A stretch of 64,000 nucleotides of DNA, from NCBI GenBank assembly GCA_963675665.1, contig OY776510.1, positions 3,968,001 through 4,032,000 on the forward strand. The letters run 5' to 3'. The number at the start of each line of letters is the position of its first letter. Within the stretch, counting starts at the first letter, position 1. The notes beneath the pieces were generated by a model. It made no database searches. It was not told where the DNA came from and saw only the letters and a list, made by a program, of their open reading frames with translations. The position numbers were made by a program, and so were the translations under genes. The DNA comes from Spirochaetia bacterium (lineage in GTDB: Bacteria > Spirochaetota > Spirochaetia > UBA9216). Shown piece by piece: positions 41,825 through 51,642 of this stretch.

Positions 41825-43465
41825 TCAATTGTCTTTCTCACAGGCGCCCATAGACCATCCTCCGGCATTATCATTTGCCGGATCGTTGTCCGGACCGGCT
41901 GCAAGATTGGTCCGTGTTAAACCGTCGAAATCAGTTTCGAATCCCCAGCCGGAAAGTGAGCCGTCCAAACCTCCCTGCCTGACCTCTGCCGGTGAATCGG
42001 CCTTCAGATGCCAGTCGTTATCATTCATGGTTGAAAAATCATTGTCTGTCCCGTCAGGGTCAATGAGCAGAGGATCAGCATCCCAGTTCCCGCCGGCATA
42101 CCCCAGCAAATCTATATCGCCAAGTGTATCGATATCAGCTTCCCCGAAGGTATGGTAAAATATTGTATTACCTTCGATATCATGGAAATCATTATTATGA
42201 ATTGACTGGGCATTACCGTTGTTTGAGGTTGATTCGTATATACAGTATCCGCCTGAAACAGCAACTGAAAAAAGAATATTATTTTCGATAATCGGAGTAG
42301 ATTCATTCTGCAATGAAATTGCGGCACTCCAGTCACTTTCGCCTCCGGCTATAGTATTATTATAGACAGCTGCTGCACCTGAATTACAGATAATTCCAAA
42401 AGAGTCTCCTGATCCTGAAGCCTTGCCGCCAAAAATTATATTATTATATATTTTTGTTCCGTTTTCCGTATCGCTGATAATTCCCGTTGCGGCTCCATCA
42501 ACTGTACGACCGCCGTCAATAACGTTATTCTTTATTTCATTATAAAATCCCTGGTTCTTAACCGCGCAGGCTTCAGATTCTGCAGAACCTCCGAAAATGT
42601 AATTTCCTTCTACAGTCATCCGGGAATCTGTTCCACAGACTACAGCGAACGTCTTTGTCCCGACACCCCCGTCAATATTGTTATCGGTTATTGTTACATT
42701 GGAGCCCTCCTGAACAAGAACTCCGTTATTGCTGCTTCCTGATGTCCCTCCGGTAATAATATTTTCCTGAATTACGGGTAAAGAGTCTCTTGAAATAAAA
42801 ATACCTATATTAATAACAGTAGAAGAACCGCCGTAAATCTCATTTCTCCCTATTAAAGGTCTTGCTGCATCCACGGAAGAAACTGCTGCTGCAATTCCGC
42901 CGGCACTACCTGCATAGATAAAATTATTGGTAACAGTCGGAGATGAAGAAACTATATACAATGCCGTTGAAAGATCTCCGCTTCCGCCCTTTATAACAAA
43001 TCCGTCAAGGATTGTATTTTCAGTAACTCCTGACGGAACTGTAACGGCCTGATTTGTATCGCCTGCAATACCTCCGGAATCGCTCAGATCAATAATTACA
43101 GTAGAATTATTGACAGTATCCCTTGTAATAAAATCCGAAGAATACCCACCGTATAGTGAAACGCCTTCTTTTACAACAATATTATGCCCTTCCCTGTAAT
43201 TAACCTCATAAAGCCCAACAGCAACATAGACTTCCACCGTTTCGGCCAACCCGTCAGCAATATAGCCATAAGCTTTATCTATCCCGGCCTGTATGGTTTT
43301 AAGAGGTTCAGTTTTAACGCCCCGGTTCAAATCATTACCGGAATCAATGCTTACGTAGATAATATTTTCGAAACCCGTCATTCTTTCGATGTATGTCCGC
43401 AGGGCTATATCGCTGCATGAAAACAAAAGACATATAAAAAATAATACTGAAAACTTTCTCAACAT
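41825..43465 (-). CDS. Surface lipoprotein with right-handed beta-helix (pectin-lyase-like) repeats
   Basis: LLFSC lipobox; IYVS..GND...G....PLKTIQ (DUF1565-like); many NxIxGG repeats; DWHL..DSP...DFDG..R...MGA.E choice-of-anchor-Q-like end. Confidence 0.78.
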   Translation of the reverse strand: MLRKFSVLFFICLLFSCSDIALRTYIERMTGFENIIYVSIDSGNDLNRGVKTEPLKTIQAGIDKAYGYIADGLAETVEVYVAVGLYEVNYREGHNIVVKEGVSLYGGYSSDFITRDTVNNSTVIIDLSDSGGIAGDTNQAVTVPSGVTENTILDGFVIKGGSGDLSTALYIVSSSPTVTNNFIYAGSAGGIAAAVSSVDAARPLIGRNEIYGGSSTVINIGIFISRDSLPVIQENIITGGTSGSSNNGVLVQEGSNVTITDNNIDGGVGTKTFAVVCGTDSRMTVEGNYIFGGSAESEACAVKNQGFYNEIKNNVIDGGRTVDGAATGIISDTENGTKIYNNIIFGGKASGSGDSFGIICNSGAAAVYNNTIAGGESDWSAAISLQNESTPIIENNILFSVAVSGGYCIYESTSNNGNAQSIHNNDFHDIEGNTIFYHTFGEADIDTLGDIDLLGYAGGNWDADPLLIDPDGTDNDFSTMNDNDWHLKADSPAEVRQGGLDGSLSGWGFETDFDGLTRTNLAAGPDNDPANDNAGGWSMGACEKDN

Positions 43466-43664
43466 TTTAAATTTCCTGAAACCCGTTACAATAAAAACTG
43501 CTGGCTTACACGAATGTCTGACGGTAGAAAATCACGGATTTTTAATACTTTATTTAACGATAATACATTATGATGCTACATGAATCGTTTGGCAAGTATT
43601 ATATCTTTATCTGATAAGCACTAACGGGAAAAATATTTTCATGCCGGTATTATCCTGTCAAAAA

Positions 43665-44315
43665 TCAACCGTATAAAGCCATTTTTTCAGCAACATGTTT
43701 CCTGAGTACGGGGTCAACTTCATAATCAGAAAGATCTTTAAGATAGCCTTTTCGTACAGGGTCTCCGCTTCGGCTGCATATCATTTTCAGAATCTTTACG
43801 CAATCCTTGCGGTCAACAACGCTTGTATCAAGAACTATATCAAACAAATCCACATGATTCGGGGTAAAATAAAAGTTACTCTCAATGAATTTCTTTCTCA
43901 GGCGATCATCTTTCTTAATTATGGTCCCGGCTTCTTCCCGGCTGATTCCCAGCCTTCCGGCTTCGTTTGCTGCGCGAATATTAAACGGAGACTGGATTTT
44001 AACATGAATTACATTATTGAACTCATGCAAAATTCCATAACTTCCCCTTCCGGCGATAACGACATTATCATGCTGTGCTACTGCTATAATGATTTCTGTA
44101 AGAAATTTAACCGTTGTATGATGATATTCGTCCATTCTGTCCCAGAAATGAGAAACAGAATTATAGATATCGTCAAGTTTAATGATACCGTAATCCTTTA
44201 TAATATCCGCAATTCTGTCTTTGTCTATGTACTGGAATCCCGTTTCTTCGGCAAGACTGCGACCGATATATTCGCCGCCGCTGCCGAGCGACCTTGAAAT
44301 AGTTACTACACTCAT
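43665..44315 (-). CDS. Cytidylate kinase-like family protein
   Basis: VVTISRSLGSGG, VIAGRGS, DD..R..F, FDIVLDT. Confidence 0.82.
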   Translation of the reverse strand: MSVVTISRSLGSGGEYIGRSLAEETGFQYIDKDRIADIIKDYGIIKLDDIYNSVSHFWDRMDEYHHTTVKFLTEIIIAVAQHDNVVIAGRGSYGILHEFNNVIHVKIQSPFNIRAANEAGRLGISREEAGTIIKKDDRLRKKFIESNFYFTPNHVDLFDIVLDTSVVDRKDCVKILKMICSRSGDPVRKGYLKDLSDYEVDPVLRKHVAEKMALYG

Positions 44316-44711
44316 GCTGTCCTCCTCAAAATAAAATTAATTCGGGAGACATAATTGTGCCTATGTAAAATATAATTACAGACAGATCTTAAATCAAATA
44401 ATTTAGATACACGTTTTAATTCCCTCTGTTGCCGGAAAGACTATTCTCCACAAGACGCTTAACATAGGTTTCCAGTTTTATATTAATTAAATTATCCTCC
44501 AGAAAAAATAGTTCATAAACAAGTGCCATGGATCTTACTCTGCCCTGGCCTAAGCCATGAAAAATACTTATCAGTTGTTTTACAAAAAATCGGGCTGAAG
44601 CATGTTCACATCACCTTTATTGATATCGCCAGAAAATCAATTGGTATTGCTGCTTTATCTTTAACCATCATAAATACCAGCCGGAATATTATTCCGCGTT
44701 AAGTTCTGCAT

Positions 44712-46463
44712 TCAACTTGTTCGTCTGTCAAGAACCAGGTTGCTTCCCTTTGTTTTTTTTGCATATTTCTTGAGCTCTCCGCATCGCCCGGAAACTTCAA
44801 GAAAATGGGACATATGAACTTTCCCGGTTATAACGCCGGCCATGCTGAACGCCATAATCGGGAATTTCATAATTTGTCCTTCCCTGTTTTTTTCTTCAAT
44901 ATATCCGTCATCCAGATGAATCTTACTGTAAAAGTTCCTGATTCCGTTATCAAAAAGACGGCAAATTTCATCGGCTGCGTTATGTACTGCCTCAGAAGGC
45001 ACTATAAAAATAAAATCATCGCCGCCTATATGCCCGCAGAAAGTGTTTTTTGACGGATAATGCGTCACAACTTTCTTAAGAATTCCGGCGGTAAAATGGA
45101 TAACCTCATCTCCTTTGGAAAAACCGTAAGTATCGTTATATGCTTTAAAGTTATCCAGATCGCCGTATACTATGGCTGTTCCTGCGTTCTCATTCAGGAC
45201 TTCCTGGATCTTTTTATTTATAACCCTGTTTCCCGGCAGTTTTGTCAACGGGTTTGCATCGAGGGCCCTGATCCTGAGGTTGTTTATCCATAAAATAAGA
45301 TATAAAAAGACTGAAAAATTGATAAAGAGAATGAAAAATATTAAAACGAGCGAATTTATATATGGAGCAAATGCCCTGGTATCATTTATCTCCATAATAT
45401 ATCCGAAATCCAGTTCTTCAATCCAGAACCCGGCCCCGATTACTCTTGAATTCAGATAGTTTCTGTACGTTTTTCCAAAGCCTGTAAGTCCGTCCGGCTT
45501 TTCTGATATCAAAGTATTTATTATCATGATATTTGATTGCTCCGGAAACCCTTCAATTTTTGTATATTTTAAAGGATTGATTACAGGAATTGTCTGGTAA
45601 TTTCCCGACCATCCTGCCGCTCTGAGCTTTTCAGAATATTCACTGCCGGAGGATAGCTCTGTTACAGGTTTACCCTCTTTATCTATCAGATAGCGATGTA
45701 CATTCTTAAACAATGAATAGATATCATCATTTGCATTAACCGAACGATCAGGTCCCGAAACCATTCCGCTTTCCGTCAGATTTCCGGTAATCATACCCAG
45801 CCGCGCTTCAGTAGCTATATACCCGCAGTTTTCTCCTGCGTCATCCCTTATCTCAATAAAAAAGTAGATAACCGGCTCCATAAAAGAAACTGTTTCGCTC
45901 AGCCGCATGTTTTCCAGCACAAAAAATAATCCGAAGCCTTTTTGATCAATTACCGTTTCCTTCAGTTTCTCAAAACTGGAAAATTCCCTGTAAAGTTTCT
46001 CCGGAATGGTTCCGGCTATAAGTATTCCATCGTTTGAAATAAACTGGACCGGCATGTTATTAACTCCCGGAGGAAGAGCTCCAGGTATTTCTGAATCTCC
46101 TGCGAACGGCTTTTCAGGAGGCTCATTTAAAGGTCTGTTTATATCGGAAGGAAAAATCCCGGTATTTTTATAACTTTCATAATATTCAAGATATTCGGAA
46201 AACTGGTTATAAAATCCGGGCAGTTCAGTCAGGGTTACCATATGGTCTCTGTAGCTGCTGTTTATATTGTCCAGCGCATTGCAGATATTTAAATATTCCT
46301 GTTGGTAATAGTGATAAAGATTTTTATCACTGGTTCTTTTCAGAAAAATAAACGAAAGAATAATAAAAAACAGGAAAAGGATCGATGCACTGAGAATAAA
46401 ACGCAAAACGAGCTTTCCAGGCCTGACGTCCTTATCATTAATAAACAGGCTTTCCAGTAGCAT
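44712..46463 (-). CDS. Membrane-bound diguanylate cyclase (2 TM, periplasmic sensor, GGDEF)
   Basis: DANPLTKLPGN, DLDNFKAYNDTYGF..GD and GHIGGDDF; two TMs flank a large Cache-like region. Confidence 0.88.
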   Translation of the reverse strand: MLLESLFINDKDVRPGKLVLRFILSASILFLFFIILSFIFLKRTSDKNLYHYYQQEYLNICNALDNINSSYRDHMVTLTELPGFYNQFSEYLEYYESYKNTGIFPSDINRPLNEPPEKPFAGDSEIPGALPPGVNNMPVQFISNDGILIAGTIPEKLYREFSSFEKLKETVIDQKGFGLFFVLENMRLSETVSFMEPVIYFFIEIRDDAGENCGYIATEARLGMITGNLTESGMVSGPDRSVNANDDIYSLFKNVHRYLIDKEGKPVTELSSGSEYSEKLRAAGWSGNYQTIPVINPLKYTKIEGFPEQSNIMIINTLISEKPDGLTGFGKTYRNYLNSRVIGAGFWIEELDFGYIMEINDTRAFAPYINSLVLIFFILFINFSVFLYLILWINNLRIRALDANPLTKLPGNRVINKKIQEVLNENAGTAIVYGDLDNFKAYNDTYGFSKGDEVIHFTAGILKKVVTHYPSKNTFCGHIGGDDFIFIVPSEAVHNAADEICRLFDNGIRNFYSKIHLDDGYIEEKNREGQIMKFPIMAFSMAGVITGKVHMSHFLEVSGRCGELKKYAKKTKGSNLVLDRRTS

Positions 46464-46602
46464 AACCAAATGTTAATATATCCATCCCTTGTTTTCAAAT
46501 TCAGATGCCTGAATTTATAAATTAAAATAGAACAATTCCCCTTCCTGCCCAATTTTCCTGTAAAACCGTGACATTAATCAAATATAGGTATATTCTCATA
46601 AC

Positions 46603-48786
46603 ATGAGCAGCCCGTTTCTCTCTTCAGAAGAAAAAATCAGGGGAATAAAACATCAGTTTCGGCATCAAACTCTGAATGGAATGGGTTTCAACTTTCTCGG
46701 CGACACTCCGGTATCATTACTTGCAATTTACTTCGGTGCAACCAATACCGAAATAGGATATCTGAGCGCCGTTCTTTACATTTCAGGCCTGTTGCTTTCT
46801 TTCACACCAAAACTTCTGGCAGGTAAAAATATAGTCCGGGTACAATATCTTGCATGGCTGATAAGAGGGTTCGTTTGTATTCCGTATATAGCCCTTTTTT
46901 TTATCGACGGAAGACCCGCGGTACTTCTGATAATAGTAACTTATACGCTTTTCTGCTGTACAAGAATTGTAGGAGCATCCTTATATCAGCCGATTATCAG
47001 AATGATTTCCACAAACAGAACCAGAGGTGAGGTTCTTGCAGCATCATCTTTACGATTCCAGATTGCCACCACATTCTCAAAAGCAATAAGTTTTCTTGTT
47101 ACCTCGCTTAAGCAGCTGACAGGGATTACGGGAATACTCATCCTGGGCATGGCGGGAATAGTCATGAACACTCTTTCTGCTTTTGAAATCAGAAAAATTC
47201 CGTGTAAAGAAAAAATACATTATAAAAAAGGCCGGAATGTTTTTGCAATTTTTAAAGAATCTTTCAAAATCAGAAATTTACGCTATCTTCTTTTGCTTTC
47301 TTTTCTGAATGCCGCGTTAATAGTGCTTTTCGGGTTTATTATTCCTCTGCTTAGCCGCGATGCAGGGTTTTCCACATCGGAGATTTTCCTTGCTTCAATT
47401 ACAGCGGCTCTTGCGACCATTCTATCCGCCTATTTCTCCAGGAATTTCGCGGACAGAATAGGCAGCAGACCGCTTATTGTCGGGGTGCTTATTCTGCTTT
47501 CTTTCTCTTCGCTGATTTGGGCGTTGTCGGGCTTTATCACATATAAACCCGTTTATTATATAATCATGTTTTTGTCGACATTTTTCCTTAGAGCAAATGA
47601 TTTATTGATCGGCAGGCTGATTGTCGGCAGCCTCCCTGAAAAAGATTCTGTCGGTTTTTCAAGCATGATAAATTTTTTCATTGCATTTGTCGCCCTGTTT
47701 GCAGGAATAACCGGCGGAAAACTTGCAGACCTTTCGAGGGCATCAGTTATAATTGATTACCAGAGCAATTACATATATACGTTTTTATTTGCATTTATTC
47801 TTTGTATTATCTCACTTTTCTTTACAATTAAAATCAGGGAACAGGGAAGCCTGTCCCCTGCGGAAGCAGCATCAATTATCTTTTCTCCATCCAAACTGTC
47901 TACCTACATCAATATTGGTAAACTATATTCTGTAGAAGACCCGTTGCAGCGTAAAACACTTCTGATGAATATTGGAATGGATAACTCCAAGCTTGCCACA
48001 GATGAAATCCGCTCCATATTGTTCAGCCCGTTATCAAATGATAAGGGCCTGATGATAACTTCTCTCTTTTCAAATCCCAGACCCGTACTTCTACCGGAAC
48101 TCCTGAATGAAGCATCTGAACCGAATTCATATCATCAGCTGAAGGCGATCTTTGCTCTCGGAGCATACCCCTGCAAACAAACTGAAGAAGTCCTGTTGAA
48201 ACTCCTTGACAACCATGATTCTGCCGTCGCTTCAAACGCCGCAAAATCGTTAGGAAGAATAGGACATAAAGAGCAGCTTGAAAAAGTGAGAAAAATGGCT
48301 TCCGAAGCCGTAGGAATCTGGAATAACCTGAACCTGATTATTGCCCTGAAAAATATGGACGATACAGGCAGATACCTTTCAGGGGTATTCAATAAGGATA
48401 AAGTCTTGTCCGGAAGCATGTTTAACCAGACAATATACAGCCTGTATGCAAATATCCTTGAATTCGAACCGCCTCTTGCAGATATATACCAGAGCAGAAA
48501 CATGAAAAAAGGACAGGGGTTGCAGGACTTCCTCGACGAATCAAGGGAAGAAGAAGCCTTTTTTAAATATCATCAGGATTTTCTTTTATGGTTCAACAAT
48601 GACAACTATAACGGTATATGGTCCAAATCAAAAGAAATTGTGAACTCAATAAATACAGACCCATATTTCGAACATCTTAAGGAAAGCATCTTAACCTTCC
48701 CCCCTGAAAGAAGCGAATATGACGATGCCTTGGCCGCGGTTTATTTTACTTACCAGCTTTTGAAAATGTCGTCGGAAGGATTGTAA
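46603..48786 (+). CDS. MFS transporter fused to a C-terminal HEAT-repeat domain
   Basis: About 12 hydrophobic segments with ADRIGSRP (MFS motif A); soluble tail with AIFALG and VASNAAKSLGRIG HEAT motifs. Confidence 0.8.
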   Translation: MSSPFLSSEEKIRGIKHQFRHQTLNGMGFNFLGDTPVSLLAIYFGATNTEIGYLSAVLYISGLLLSFTPKLLAGKNIVRVQYLAWLIRGFVCIPYIALFFIDGRPAVLLIIVTYTLFCCTRIVGASLYQPIIRMISTNRTRGEVLAASSLRFQIATTFSKAISFLVTSLKQLTGITGILILGMAGIVMNTLSAFEIRKIPCKEKIHYKKGRNVFAIFKESFKIRNLRYLLLLSFLNAALIVLFGFIIPLLSRDAGFSTSEIFLASITAALATILSAYFSRNFADRIGSRPLIVGVLILLSFSSLIWALSGFITYKPVYYIIMFLSTFFLRANDLLIGRLIVGSLPEKDSVGFSSMINFFIAFVALFAGITGGKLADLSRASVIIDYQSNYIYTFLFAFILCIISLFFTIKIREQGSLSPAEAASIIFSPSKLSTYINIGKLYSVEDPLQRKTLLMNIGMDNSKLATDEIRSILFSPLSNDKGLMITSLFSNPRPVLLPELLNEASEPNSYHQLKAIFALGAYPCKQTEEVLLKLLDNHDSAVASNAAKSLGRIGHKEQLEKVRKMASEAVGIWNNLNLIIALKNMDDTGRYLSGVFNKDKVLSGSMFNQTIYSLYANILEFEPPLADIYQSRNMKKGQGLQDFLDESREEEAFFKYHQDFLLWFNNDNYNGIWSKSKEIVNSINTDPYFEHLKESILTFPPERSEYDDALAAVYFTYQLLKMSSEGL

Positions 48787-48789
48787 TTC

Positions 48790-50061
48790 CTATGACTGCA
48801 ATACGAATTTTTCCAGATTCAAATCCGCCGCAAGAATAAAAGCTTCACCTCTGCAGAAAAACTTCACTGAAACAGTAAGGCAAAGATGATTTGAAGCTGA
48901 TGATACATATATGCCTGAAATATATGAATTTTCGCCGTCGATAATATGTCTGCAGTAAGATCGTGTACTTCGGTCTGCGCCCTTTCCGCTGTTATCAATC
49001 ATATTAATAAAATCAGGGTGTACAACATTATTATCAATTTGCTGCCCCCTGCCGTTCATTACATACAGCAGTTCTATAAAATTATATTTATTAAAACAAT
49101 TTTTCAGATAATCATTAAAATTAATCCTGCAATCTGAAAGATCCTTTGCTATTTCTTCTACGGATTTAACAGCTTCATCATGCCAGTCAAGCCTAACCTC
49201 ACCCATATTTTCCAGAATATCCTTTACAACATTGTGTAATTGCTCAGACTGTTGATGTACCTGCCCTATCTGAAATGCGGATTTTTCAGCGCCTTCCAGT
49301 ATCATTTCAGCCGATCTTTCCTGAAGTTCGTTTCTTTTAACCAGAGATTCAACAAGCACGCTTATTTCATCAGATTCATTTTTTATATTTTCATTATGCG
49401 ACTCAATATCAGAAAAAACTTCATATATATAACCGGCCTCGTTTTTGCTTTTCTTTAACGACTCCGATGAATCAACAAATAATTTCTGAACGTCTTCTGA
49501 AGCCGACGTGAAATTGTTAACAATTTTTTCTACTTTTTTTGCCTAAAGCTCCGTTTCCTGCGCAAGAGCTTTCATTTCCCTTGCAATCACTCCGAAACCG
49601 GCCCCGTAAGCCCCCTGCCTTGCGGCTTCAATTGCACCGTTAATTGACAGAACATCCAGTCTTCCGGACAGATCTTTAATAATATTGGTCATTTTATTTA
49701 TTTCTTCCGATTTATTTTTAAATTCGCTGATAAATAATCTTCCCTTTTCAATCGATTCGGAAAGTCCGTTTATTTCACCCAGATAAGTTTTCTGTCTTTC
49801 AATTCCGGCCTTTGACGCATTATCCGCCTGATTTGAAGTCTGTTTCAGTCCTGTTGCTTTCTCAAGTATTTTATTTACCTCTGAAAGAGCATCGCTGTTT
49901 TCTTTCTGGACTTTTGAGGTCTGACCAGTCTGACTGTTAATATTTGTATTCAGAATTTCAACATTTTCACTTAAGGTAAATGCGCTTTCTGAGACTTTTA
50001 CCATTTGCCTGATTATATTCTTAAAAATATTGTTCTTTTTATCAACCGTTTCCATTTTCAA
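48790..50061 (-). pseudogene. Soluble methyl-accepting chemotaxis protein with C-terminal PDC/Cache-like domain, interrupted by one in-frame TAG
   Basis: LSINGAIEAARQGAYGAGFGVIAREMKALA hairpin. After the TAG at 49543-49545 the same frame stays open for 61 codons and joins ORF 48790-49359 (DRSTRSY, YISGIYVSSAS, LAADL). Confidence 0.8.
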
Positions 50062-50256
50062 TAACCCCGATTCAGTAAATATTTTTTCAGAACACTCCGG
50101 AATCCCCAGTTTTTACACCGCAGCTGAAACGTTCATGGAACTTTTTGTATTTTAATTTTATTGACCTTTAAGAAACATTCAAGGCTTTTCAGGAAATATT
50201 TTTATACAATATCTCTTTTAATCATGATAATATAATTCATCATAAAGAAATAATAT

Positions 50257-51494
50257 ATGAATGTGATTTCAGTTTTGACCATTTCCGCTGCCATTCTGTA
50301 CCTGTACTTTACCATCATGGTTATCCGGACAACAATATTTTCGGTGTCCAAATGGCTGCTTGCGGCATGTTCGTTCTGCCTTATGTACTGGGCATTTCTG
50401 GCATATTTCACCTACAATGCCTCGGATTTAAAACATATCCGTCTTCTTTTTCAGATTTCTTCAAGCGGTTTAATACTGTTCTTACCCCTGCAGAACCTGT
50501 TTTTAAAATCCCTCCACGGCAGGATAACCATTCCCCATATCCTGACTGTAAGCCTGCCGGCGCTGATATTCATCATAAGAAACACCTGCTGGGACGTAAC
50601 CTTCTCGGATTTCTATCTTGAAAACGGGCAATGGCTATTCGTAAAAGCCGAAGGCGTATGGAACCTCTTATGGAGCTTTTATATGCCGGCGATGGTTGCG
50701 GCGGGAAATATGTTCCTTCTGCTCTGGTACAGGAAAACCACTCTTAACCGGGAAAAGAAGCAGATAAGACTGCTTATAATATCCTCGACTATAACACTGA
50801 TACTTTCAGTAGCGGAATACTTGTTTCATCCGTTCTTTTCCGATCTATGGACAGTATCCATCTCGCCTGTCCTTTTCGTCCCCTGGGTTTACGGATTTGT
50901 ATTGGCGATTAAAAGATACCAGCTTTTTAACATAGTTATTGAGGATGTCACCCGGCGTATACTTGAATCCATCGATGAGCTTGTAGTTCTGGTGGGCTCT
51001 GATGGAAAACCGGTTTATTTCAACAGGAAAGCAGACGAATTTTTTCGTGAAACAGACAACAACATAAGAAAAGGCAATTTCAGTATTCTTATACCAAAAA
51101 CCGTTGGATCCAAAACCATAACACAGGTAGAAATCAATAAACTTCCCTTAAAAAAAATCTTGTGCTGTCGCCTGTAAAACCGGACAGGAGCATCCAATCT
51201 CTTAACGTTGAAATAACGTCCGTGAAGGATAAATTTGAAGACCCGCTCGGCTATCTTATTATCGGCGCTGAAGCCGAACCGTCCGGAAGCATGTACCGTA
51301 AGTTCAAACTCTCACAGCGGGAAGCCGATGTTGCAAGCGGACTTTTAAATGGTCTCAGAACACAGGCCATCGCCGAATCGTTGGGAATATCTGAACGTAC
51401 CGTAAAAGCCCATATAAGCAATATCTTTAAAAAAACGGGCGTATCAAGCAGGGTTGAGTTTATTTCAATGTTCTTTGAGGAGAAAAGACAGTAA
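50257..51494 (+). pseudogene. 7TM sensor - PAS - LuxR HTH one-component regulator, split by a -1 frameshift in an A8 tract
   Basis: ORF 50257-51177 has 7 TMs and a PAS start (ILESIDELVVLV...YFNRKA). ORF 51162-51494 has the PAS end and LSQREADVA...IAESLGISERTVKAHISNIFKK. One extra A at 51150-51157 fuses them into 412 aa. Confidence 0.78.
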
Positions 51495-51568
51495 CCGGGC
51501 AGGCGTTCCAGGCTTACCTTAAACTCCAACCGAGCAAACCATAAAAAAAATTAAAAAAAATCTTTTTC

Positions 51569-51612
51569 TAGTACCTTCGTACGATGTTGAATTTCTCCGG
51601 CGGGGATATAAT
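51569..51612 (+). promoter_or_regulatory. Candidate activator box and -10 element upstream of the 51643 gene
   Basis: Imperfect palindrome TAGTAC-CTTC-GTACGA (51569-51584) and a perfect TATAAT (51607-51612), with no consensus -35 at 17-bp spacing. Confidence 0.45.
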
Positions 51613-51642
51613 TTTCACAATAAGTGTATCCGGAGGAATGAT

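Noticed and set aside
43466-43664. Possible c-di-GMP riboswitch ahead of the beta-helix lipoprotein
   Set aside because: I could not find the GEMM consensus elements (GGCAAAC, GAAA loop, GCAAAGC); an Rfam covariance search would be needed.
44316-44711. 400-bp AT-rich gap as an sRNA or gene remnant
   Set aside because: Only very short ORFs and one small palindrome (CGGAATATTATTCCG); nothing supportable.
49543-49545. Genome-wide amber recoding (pyrrolysine or alternative code)
   Set aside because: TAG ends several conserved genes here at their expected C-termini, and no pyl genes are in the window.
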